From positions 226,238,001 to 226,302,000 of the forward strand of contig OZ024740.1 of NCBI GenBank assembly GCA_964016885.1: a DNA stretch of 64,000 bases, written 5' to 3'. Positions within the stretch are counted from its first letter, which is position 1. Each line of letters starts with the position of its first letter. The stretch is from Eledone cirrhosa (taxonomy: Eukaryota). Below the pieces are notes generated by a model, which worked only from the letters and a program-made list of their open reading frames with translations, was not told where the DNA came from and did no database searches. Below are positions 1 to 10,367 of the stretch, piece after piece. The position numbers and the translations under genes were made by a program.

Positions 1-3
1 GGA

Positions 4-51
4 ACGATGTACTAGTTTCAATTTTGTTAGCTATCGTCAGCACCGTATACC
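4..51 (-). ncRNA. Type I hammerhead ribozyme (second family, partly degenerate helix II); element runs off the window start
   Basis: Minus strand reads ACGGUG-CUGACGA-uagcuaacaaaauu-GAAAC-UAG-UA^CAUCGU. Helix I ACGGUG/CAUCGU pairs 6/6 (one G.U), helix III is palindromic (ACUAGU), cleavage triplet GUA. Helix II has two mismatches. Confidence 0.7.
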
Positions 52-129
52 TTTCTGCCAGATGGTTGTCCGTTTGTTTACAAACAAACAAAGCGAGCAT
101 TATAATAAATGTTCAGTAAACTGATACGT

Positions 130-150
130 ACATATATATATGTGTGCCTG

Positions 151-215
<65 letters not shown>

Positions 216-267
216 GCTACTGTACGTCTATATACATATATGTATGTACGTATACATACATACTTAC

Positions 268-338
<71 letters not shown>
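130..338. repeat. Interrupted (TA)n microsatellite
   Basis: Directly visible; abuts the left end of the 310-bp array. Confidence 0.95.
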
Positions 339-345
<7 letters not shown>

Positions 346-3300
346 TTGGAATAAATGCTCTGAAATAGCGATATATATGTGAATATAGACATAGAATATT
401 CGAAAATATTCTGTATGTTTATAATAAACATTTTGAAGACCTAATCGCTATAGAATAGAATACGTCACGTATTACAATTAGATTCTCGATAAAAGCAAGG
501 GAAGTAATCTACGCGTTTCATTCTTGTTAGAAATCATCAGGACTACATATCCAGTGCTTTTATCGAGAATGACACAGCTAGAGACTTATAGAATACTTAG
601 CTGTGTACAGGAACTGGTTTGAAAGAGCGGTTGCCGGTCCGGCAGAAATTAGAAATTGGAATAAATGCTCTGAAATAGCGATATATATGTGAATATAGAC
701 ATAGAATATTCGAAAATATTCTGTATGTTTATAATAAACATTTTGAAGACCTAATCGCTATAGAATAGAATACGTCACGTATTACAATTAGATTCTCGAT
801 AAAAGCAAGGGAAGTAATCTACGCGTTTCATTCTTGTTAGAAATCATCAGGACTACATATCCAGTGCTTTTATCGAGAATGACACAGCTAGAGACTTATA
901 GAATACTTAGCTGTGTACAGGAACTGGTTTGAAAGAGCGGTTGCCGGTCCGGCAGAAATTAGAAATTGGAATAAATGCTCTGAAATAGCGATATATATGT
1001 GAATATAGACATAGAATATTCGAAAATATTCTGTATGTTTATAATAAACATTTTGAAGACCTAATCGCTATAGAATAGAATACGTCACGTATTACAATTA
1101 GATTCTCGATAAAAGCAAGGGAAGTAATCTACGCGTTTCATTCTTGTTAGAAATCATCAGGACTACATATCCAGTGCTTTTATCGAGAATGACACAGCTA
1201 GAGACTTATAGAATACTTAGCTGTGTACAGGAACTGGTTTGAAAGAGCGGTTGCCGGTCCGGCAGAAATTAGAAATTGGAATAAATGCTCTGAAATAGCG
1301 ATATATATGTGAATATAGACATAGAATATTCGAAAATATTCTGTATGTTTATAATAAACATTTTGAAGACCTAATCGCTATAGAATAGAATACGTCACGT
1401 ATTACAATTAGATTCTCGATAAAAGCAAGGGAAGTAATCTACGCGTTTCATTCTTGTTAGAAATCATCAGGACTACATATCCAGTGCTTTTATCGAGAAT
1501 GACACAGCTAGAGACTTATAGAATACTTAGCTGTGTACAGGAACTGGTTTGAAAGAGCGGTTGCCGGTCCGGCAGAAATTAGAAATTGGAATAAATGCTC
1601 TGAAATAGCGATATATATGTGAATATAGACATAGAATATTCGAAAATATTCTGTATGTTTATAATAAACATTTTGAAGACCTAATCGCTATAGAATAGAA
1701 TACGTCACGTATTACAATTAGATTCTCGATAAAAGCAAGGGAAGTAATCTACGCGTTTCATTCTTGTTAGAAATCATCAGGACTACATATCCAGTGCTTT
1801 TATCGAGAATGACACAGCTAGAGACTTATAGAATACTTAGCTGTGTACAGGAACTGGTTTGAAAGAGCGGTTGCCGGTCCGGCAGAAATTAGAAATTGGA
1901 ATAAATGCTCTGAAATAGCGATATATATGTGAATATAGACATAGAATATTCGAAAATATTCTGTATGTTTATAATAAACATTTTGAAGACCTAATCGCTA
2001 TAGAATAGAATACGTCACGTATTACAATTAGATTCTCGATAAAAGCAAGGGAAGTAATCTACGCGTTTCATTCTTGTTAGAAATCATCAGGACTACATAT
2101 CCAGTGCTTTTATCGAGAATGACACAGCAAGAGACTTATAGAATACTTAGCTGTGTACAGGAACTGGTTTGAAAGAGCGGTTGCCGGTCCGGCAGAAATT
2201 AGAAATTGGAATAAATGCTCTGAAATAGCGATATATATGTGAATATAGACATAGAATATTCGAAAATATTCTGTATGTTTATAATAAACATTTTGAAGAC
2301 CTAATCGCTATAGAATAGAATACGTCACGTATTACAATTAGATTCTCGATAAAAGCAAGGGAAGTAATCTACGCGTTTCATTCTTGTTAGAAATCATCAG
2401 GACTACATATCCAGTGCTTTTATCGAGAATGACACAGCTAGAGACTTATAGAATACTTAGCTGTGTACAGGAACTGGTTTGAAAGAGCGGTTGCCGGTCC
2501 GGCAGAAATTAGAAATTGGAATAAATGCTCTGAAATAGCGATATATATGTGAATATAGACATAGAATATTCGAAAATATTCTGTATGTTTATAATAAACA
2601 TTTTGAAGACCTAATCGCTATAGAATAGAATACGTCACGTATTACAATTAGATTCTCGATAAAAGCAAGGGAAGTAATCTACGCGTTTCATTCTTGTTAG
2701 AAATCATCAGGACTACATATCCAGTGCTTTTATCGAGAATGACACAGCTAGAGACTTATAGAATACTTAGCTGTGTACAGGAACTGGTTTGAAAGAGCGG
2801 TTGCCGGTCCGGCAGAAATTAGAAATTGGAATAAATGCTCTGAAATAGCGATATATATGTGAATATAGACATAGAATATTCGAAAATATTCTGTATGTTT
2901 ATAATAAACATTTTGAAGACCTAATCGCTATAGAATAGAATACGTCACGTATTACAATTAGATTCTCGATAAAAGCAAGGGAAGTAATCTACGCGTTTCA
3001 TTCTTGTTAGAAATCATCAGGACTACATATCCAGTGCTTTTATCGAGAATGACACAGCTAGAGACTTATAGAATACTTAGCTGTGTACAGGAACTGGTTT
3101 GAAAGAGCGGTTGCCGGTCCGGCAGAAATTAGAAATTGGAATAAATGCTCTGAAATAGCGATATATATGTGAATATAGACATAGAATATTCGAAAATATT
3201 CTGTATGTTTATAATAAACATTTTGAAGACCTAATCGCTATAGAATAGAATACGTCACGTATTACAATTAGATTCTCGATAAAAGCAAGGGAAGTAATCT

Positions 3301-3819
3301 ACGCGTTTCATTCTTGTTAGAAATCATCAGGACTACATATCCAGTGCTTTTATCGAGAATGACACAGCTAGAGACTTATAGAATACTTAGCTGTGTACAG
3401 GAACTGGTTTGAAAGAGCGGTTGCCGGTCCGGCAGAAATTAGAAATTGGAATAAATGCTCTGAAATAGCGATATATATGTGAATATAGACATAGAATATT
3501 CGAAAATATTCTGTATGTTTATAATAAACATTTTGAAGACCTAATCGCTATAGAATAGAATACGTCACGTATTACAATTAGATTCTCGATAAAAGCAAGG
3601 GAAGTAATCTACGCGTTTCATTCTTGTTAGAAATCATCAGGACTACATATCCAGTGCTTTTATCGAGAATGACACAGCTAGAGACTTATAGAATACTTAG
3701 CTGTGTACAGGAACTGGTTTGAAAGAGCGGTTGCCGGTCCGGCAGAAATTAGAAATTGGAATAAATGCTCTGAAATAGCGATATATATGTGAATATAGAC
3801 ATAGAATATTCGAAAATAT
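339..3819 (-). repeat. Left arm: 11 full + 1 partial copy of the 310-bp unit (ribozyme-sense on the minus strand)
   Basis: AGAAATTGGA recurs at 341, 651, 961 ... 3751. One variant seen (T>A at 2129). Confidence 0.98.
482..570 (-). ncRNA. Type I hammerhead ribozyme, first of 11 copies in the left arm (every 310 bp up to 3582-3670)
   Basis: Reverse complement of the motif at 4020-4108. Confidence 0.85.
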
Positions 3820-3838
3820 CTTCAAAATGTCTATTATA

Positions 3839-6800
3839 GGTCTTCAAAATGTTTATTATAAACATACAGAATATTTTCGAATATTCTATGTCTATATTCA
3901 CATATATATCGCTATTTCAGAGCATTTATTCCAATTTCTAATTTCTGCCGGACCGGCAACCGCTCTTTCAAACCAGTTCCTGTACACAGCTAAGTATTCT
4001 ATAAGTCTCTAGCTGTGTCATTCTCGATAAAAGCACTGGATATGTAGTCCTGATGATTTCTAACAAGAATGAAACGCGTAGATTACTTCCCTTGCTTTTA
4101 TCGAGAATCTAATTGTAATACGTGACGTATTCTATTCTATAGCGATTAGGTCTTCAAAATGTTTATTATAAACATACAGAATATTTTCGAATATTCTATG
4201 TCTATATTCACATATATATCGCTATTTCAGAGCATTTATTCCAATTTCTAATTTCTGCCGGACCGGCAACCGCTCTTTCAAACCAGTTCCTGTACACAGC
4301 TAAGTATTCTATAAGTCTCTAGCTGTGTCATTCTCGATAAAAGCACTGGATATGTAGTCCTGATGATTTCTAACAAGAATGAAACGCGTAGATTACTTCC
4401 CTTGCTTTTATCGAGAATCTAATTGTAATACGTGACGTATTCTATTCTATAGCGATTAGGTCTTCAAAATGTTTATTATAAACATACAGAATATTTTCGA
4501 ATATTCTATGTCTATATTCACATATATATCGCTATTTCAGAGCATTTATTCCAATTTCTAATTTCTGCCGGACCGGCAACCGCTCTTTCAAACCAGTTCC
4601 TGTACACAGCTAAGTATTCTATAAGTCTCTAGCTGTGTCATTCTCGATAAAAGCACTGGATATGTAGTCCTGATGATTTCTAACAAGAATGAAACGCGTA
4701 GATTACTTCCCTTGCTTTTATCGAGAATCTAATTGTAATACGTGACGTATTCTATTCTATAGCGATTAGGTCTTCAAAATGTTTATTATAAACATACAGA
4801 ATATTTTCGAATATTCTATGTCTATATTCACATATATATCGCTATTTCAGAGCATTTATTCCAATTTCTAATTTCTGCCGGACCGGCAACCGCTCTTTCA
4901 AACCAGTTCCTGTACACAGCTAAGTATTCTATAAGTCTCTAGCTGTGTCATTCTCGATAAAAGCACTGGATATGTAGTCCTGATGATTTCTAACAAGAAT
5001 GAAACGCGTAGATTACTTCCCTTGCTTTTATCGAGAATCTAATTGTAATACGTGACGTATTCTATTCTATAGCGATTAGGTCTTCAAAATGTTTATTATA
5101 AACATACAGAATATTTTCGAATATTCTATGTCTATATTCACATATATATCGCTATTTCAGAGCATTTATTCCAATTTCTAATTTCTGCCGGACCGGCAAC
5201 CGCTCTTTCAAACCAGTTCCTGTACACAGCTAAGTATTCTATAAGTCTCTAGCTGTGTCATTCTCGATAAAAGCACTGGATATGTAGTCCTGATGATTTC
5301 TAACAAGAATGAAACGCGTAGATTACTTCCCTTGCTTTTATCGAGAATCTAATTGTAATACGTGACGTATTCTATTCTATAGCGATTAGGTCTTCAAAAT
5401 GTTTATTATAAACATACAGAATATTTTCGAATATTCTATGTCTATATTCACATATATATCGCTATTTCAGAGCATTTATTCCAATTTCTAATTTCTGCCG
5501 GACCGGCAACCGCTCTTTCAAACCAGTTCCTGTACACAGCTAAGTATTCTATAAGTCTCTAGCTGTGTCATTCTCGATAAAAGCACTGGATATGTAGTCC
5601 TGATGATTTCTAACAAGAATGAAACGCGTAGATTACTTCCCTTGCTTTTATCGAGAATCTAATTGTAATACGTGACGTATTCTATTCTATAGCGATTAGG
5701 TCTTCAAAATGTTTATTATAAACATACAGAATATTTTCGAATATTCTATGTCTATATTCACATATATATCGCTATTTCAGAGCATTTATTCCAATTTCTA
5801 ATTTCTGCCGGACCGGCAACCGCTCTTTCAAACCAGTTCCTGTACACAGCTAAGTATTCTATAAGTCTCTAGCTGTGTCATTCTCGATAAAAGCACTGGA
5901 TATGTAGTCCTGATGATTTCTAACAAGAATGAAACGCGTAGATTACTTCCCTTGCTTTTATCGAGAATCTAATTGTAATACGTGACGTATTCTATTCTAT
6001 AGCGATTAGGTCTTCAAAATGTTTATTATAAACATACAGAATATTTTCGAATATTCTATGTCTATATTCACATATATATCGCTATTTCAGAGCATGTATT
6101 CCAATTTCTAATTTCTGCCGGACCGGCAACCGCTCTTTCAAACCAGTTCCTGTACACAGCTAAGTATTCTATAAGTCTCTAGCTGTGTCATTCTCGATAA
6201 AAGCACTGGATATGTAGTCCTGATGATTTCTAACAAGAATGAAACGCGTAGATTACTTCCCTTGCTTTTATCGAGAATCTAATTGTAATACGTGACGTAT
6301 TCTATTCTATAGCGATTAGGTCTTCAAAATGTTTATTATAAACATACAGAATATTTTCGAATATTCTATGTCTATATTCACATATATATCGCTATTTCAG
6401 AGCATTTATTCCAATTTCTAATTTCTGCCGGACCGGCAACCGCTCTTTCAAACCAGTTCCTGTACACAGCTAAGTATTCTATAAGTCTCTAGCTGTGTCA
6501 TTCTCGATAAAAGCACTGGATATGTAGTCCTGATGATTTCTAACAAGAATGAAACGCGTAGATTACTTCCCTTGCTTTTATCGAGAATCTAATTGTAATA
6601 CGTGACGTATTCTATTCTATAGCGATTAGGTCTTCAAAATGTTTATTATAAACATACAGAATATTTTCGAATATTCTATGTCTATATTCACATATATATC
6701 GCTATTTCAGAGCATTTATTCCAATTTCTAATTTCTGCCGGACCGGCAACCGCTCTTTCAAACCAGTTCCTGTACACAGCTAAGTATTCTATAAGTCTCT

Positions 6801-8236
6801 AGCTGTGTCATTCTCGATAAAAGCACTGGATATGTAGTCCTGATGATTTCTAACAAGAATGAAACGCGTAGATTACTTCCCTTGCTTTTATCGAGAATCT
6901 AATTGTAATACGTGACGTATTCTATTCTATAGCGATTAGGTCTTCAAAATGTTTATTATAAACATACAGAATATTTTCGAATATTCTATGTCTATATTCA
7001 CATATATATCGCTATTTCAGAGCATTTATTCCAATTTCTAATTTCTGCCGGACCGGCAACCGCTCTTTCAAACCAGTTCCTGTACACAGCTAAGTATTCT
7101 ATAAGTCTCTAGCTGTGTCATTCTCGATAAAAGCACTGGATATGTAGTCCTGATGATTTCTAACAAGAATGAAACGCGTAGATTACTTCCCTTGCTTTTA
7201 TCGAGAATCTAATTGTAATACGTGACGTATTCTATTCTATAGCGATTAGGTCTTCAAAATGTTTATTATAAACATACAGAATATTTTCGAATATTCTATG
7301 TCTATATTCACATATATATCGCTATTTCAGAGCATTTATTCCAATTTCTAATTTCTGCCGGACCGGCAACCGCTCTTTCAAACCAGTTCCTGTACACAGC
7401 TAAGTATTCTATAAGTCTCTAGCTGTGTCATTCTCGATAAAAGCACTGGATATGTAGTCCTGATGATTTCTAACAAGAATGAAACGCGTAGATTACTTCC
7501 CTTGCTTTTATCGAGAATCTAATTGTAATACGTGACGTATTCTATTCTATAGCGATTAGGTCTTCAAAATGTTTATTATAAACATACAGAATATTTTCGA
7601 ATATTCTATGTCTATATTCACATATATATCGCTATTTCAGAGCATTTATTCCAATTTCTAATTTCTGCCGGACCGGCAACCGCTCTTTCAAACCAGTTCC
7701 TGTACACAGCTAAGTATTCTATAAGTCTCTAGCTGTGTCATTCTCGATAAAAGCACTGGATATGTAGTCCTGATGATTTCTAACAAGAATGAAACGCGTA
7801 GATTACTTCCCTTGCTTTTATCGAGAATCTAATTGTAATACGTGACGTATTCTATTCTATAGCGATTAGGTCTTCAAAATGTTTATTATAAACATACAGA
7901 ATATTTTCGAATATTCTATGTCTATATTCACATATATATCGCTATTTCAGAGCATTTATTCCAATTTCTAATTTCTGCCGGACCGGCAACCGCTCTTTCA
8001 AACCAGTTCCTGTACACAGCTAAGTATTCTATAAGTCTCTAGCTGTGTCATTCTCGATAAAAGCACTGGATATGTAGTCCTGATGATTTCTAACAAGAAT
8101 GAAACGCGTAGATTACTTCCCTTGCTTTTATCGAGAATCTAATTGTAATACGTGACGTATTCTATTCTATAGCGATTAGGTCTTCAAAATGTTTATTATA
8201 AACATACAGAATATTTTCGAATATTCTATGTCTATA

Positions 8237-8240
<4 letters not shown>
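3839..8240 (+). repeat. Right arm: 14 full + 1 partial copy of the same unit in reverse complement (ribozyme-sense on the plus strand)
   Basis: TCTTCAAAAT recurs at 3841, 4151 ... 8181. One variant seen (T>G at 6096). Confidence 0.98.
4020..4108 (+). ncRNA. Type I hammerhead ribozyme, first of 14 copies in the right arm (every 310 bp up to 8050-8138)
   Basis: Helix I GUAGUC (4044-4049)/GAUUAC (4081-4086); core CUGAUGA (4050-4056); helix II UUCU-AACA-AGAA closed by U.U; GAAAC (4071-4075); palindromic helix III ACGCGU; cleavage triplet GUA, cut after 4080. Helix I is extended by a perfect 16-bp stem AUUCUCGAUAAAAGCA/UGCUUUUAUCGAGAAU. Confidence 0.87.

Positions 8241-8288
<48 letters not shown>
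8241..8288. repeat. (TA)n microsatellite
   Basis: Directly visible, between the array and the transposon TIR. Confidence 0.95.
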
Positions 8289-8291
<3 letters not shown>

Positions 8292-9597
8292 GGTGTGGAC
8301 GATATTTGTTCGCAGTTTTCAACTACTAATTCTATGAGAATTTTTTTTACTTCCGTTGTCACTCTTGTCTTCATAAAACAGTAACTATATTTCCCTTATT
8401 TATTTTCAGAATAATTGATTATGAATAATTTTGAACCTCCAAATTTGTGGATGAGACACGGAGTTCTTATTGGAATCCACCCCGGGAGGACAAATAAGGA
8501 CATTTCAGACTTTCTCAGCGTCGGCAGGAGAATGGTGTAAAAGGTCAGAAAGGAATTAGAAGATTCAGGATTCGACTACGAAGCAACATCAGAAAGGAAA
8601 ACACATGATCGACGATCTGACGCCTTCATAATGCCCGAGTTCGTCGCTGAAGTTCATGATATCATCAACAATGAACCTATAAAGTCGATGCGTGCCATTG
8701 CAAGCGAGAAAGACGTAGATGAAAAGCTCATTAGGCTGGTGGTTCATGAAGACATTCGCTACGTTTCATACAAGATGGGGAAAGAACAATTTCTTCCGAA
8801 GGCGATGCAAGAAAAGCGACTGAATCACGCACAGAAGCCGATCAACAAGTTGAAACACCCACTGGAGCCAGACAAGCTGTGGTTTTTCTCCGACGAGAAA
8901 AACTTCTGCCAAGACCAGAAGGTCAACTCCCAGAACAACAGGTGGCTCGCTGTCTCATCCAAAGACGTGCCCAGAGTCATGCAGATAAACTTTCCAGCGG
9001 CAACATTGGTCTTAGGTGTCGTCAGCAGTCAAGGTGACGTGATGCCACCTCACTTCTTCCCTGAGGGCCTCAAGCTGAAAACTGATGGCTACATCCGCGT
9101 TCTGAGTGAGGTAGTAAAGCCCTGGATCAACGAGGTAGCTGCAGGTAGGCCGTACGTGTGGCAGCAAGACTCAGCGCCCTGCCATACCAGCCGAAAAACC
9201 CAAGCCTGGCTGTCAGAGAACTTGGTCGACCACACTTCACCTGACATCTGGCCTCCCAGCTTGCCTGACTGCAACCCCCCCCCCCGACTTCTTTGTGTGG
9301 GGCGCAGTGGACGAGACACCAACAAATCTAGCTGCAATACGAAAGACGATCTGAAGGCCAGGATTACAAGTGCCTTTAGGGGCCTAAGTCGGGGGACAGT
9401 GACGAAGGCCTGTAGCCGGTTCCGAGGCCGCCTTGAGGCCGTCATCAAAGCCAATGGTGGGTTTATCGAGTGAGATCGAAAGAACAAGTCATGAAGTCAA
9501 ATTGACCCAAGTTTGATAAATATATCTTAAAAAATAAAACTACTGTGTTATTTTTTCATAGACAGTAATCTTGTGAACAAATATCGTCCGCACCCTG
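8289..9597 (+). mobile_element. Tc1/mariner superfamily DD37D (maT-type) DNA transposon, full length
   Basis: TIRs CAGGGTG(T/C)GGACGATATTTGTTC at 8289 and ending at 9597, TA on both sides, about 1.3 kb, internal transposase. Confidence 0.92.
8421..9473 (+). pseudogene. DD37D transposase, disrupted
   Basis: Motifs FFSDEKNF, WQQDSAPCH, WPPSLPDCNP. The ATG at 8421 is in frame but interrupted by TAA at 8538-8540. An 11-C run near 9275-9285 shifts the third Asp (D-FFVWG) out of frame. The reconstructed D2-D3 spacing is 37 aa. Confidence 0.88.
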
Positions 9598-9660
9598 TAT
9601 ATCATATATATGTTTATATATTATATGCATATATATATATGTGTGTGTGTGTATATATAT

Positions 9661-10345
9661 ATCAAGTAAAGCAATGGAGTAAAGGACTCGAGTTCAAAGG
9701 AAAAAGTTTTCCTGGGCACTTCAAAATACAATATAGAGAGAAAAAACACAGGTGAGTGTGTTTTCATTTATAGGAGCTATAAGACCACTAATGTGAAGAA
9801 CATATGAGCTACAAGAATTTTGGGAAATACAATATAATTAAAAGGATAAATTAAAATGAAATATCCCAACCTCATAACTAAATCACACATGTAAAGACTC
9901 ATAAGGAGAATGTTTCACCATGAAATTAGTGGGGACCAATTCAACCTAATAGATCATCAGCATGTGCTGAGCCAATATTGTCCTCACTACTAAGGATACC
10001 TAAAATAACTGACCTGTAGCACATGTAAGTAAATGGAAAGAGAATGCATGCATGAAGCAGTGACTACTGGTATGAATAGAACAAGAAGCTGCTAGAAATG
10101 GCAACTTATAACCATTCAATTTATAGTGCTCAACAAGCAAAAACACAAGGAGCTAATATCAAGTAAAGCAATGTAAATTTTGTAATTTAATGACCTTAAA
10201 GTAAAAAGTTTTTCTGGGTACTTCAAAATACAATATAGAGATATAAAACACAGGAGAGTGTGTTTTCATTATGTTCTTCACGCTCGTGGTCTTATAGCTC
10301 CTGTAAATGAAAACATACTCTCCTGTGTTTTTCCTCTCTATATTG
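9661..10345. mobile_element. Degenerate element with direct plus inverted terminal repeats (Penelope pseudo-LTR-like remnant)
   Basis: ATCAAGTAAAGCAATG...CACAGG(T)GAGTGTGTTTTCATT at 9661 and about 10158, followed by an inverted copy at about 10270-10345. TA tracts on both flanks. Confidence 0.45.
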
Positions 10346-10367
10346 AATCATATATATATATATAGAT

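Larger units (their letters stand above)
339..8240. mobile_element. Putative non-autonomous retrozyme insertion: two inverted tandem arrays of a 310-bp hammerhead-containing unit
   Basis: Exact 310-bp period in both arms, one hammerhead per unit, arms in opposite orientation, both outer ends in (TA)n, no coding capacity. Confidence 0.8.

Noticed and set aside
339-8240. Ordinary satellite, Helitron/MITE-derived repeat, or 5S/snRNA gene array
   Set aside because: No Pol III boxes or recognisable snRNA and no transposon termini. The complete hammerhead in each unit and the inverted TA-anchored geometry fit a retrozyme better.
9089-9487. Antisense ORF over the transposase
   Set aside because: Shadow ORF on the opposite strand of a coding remnant.
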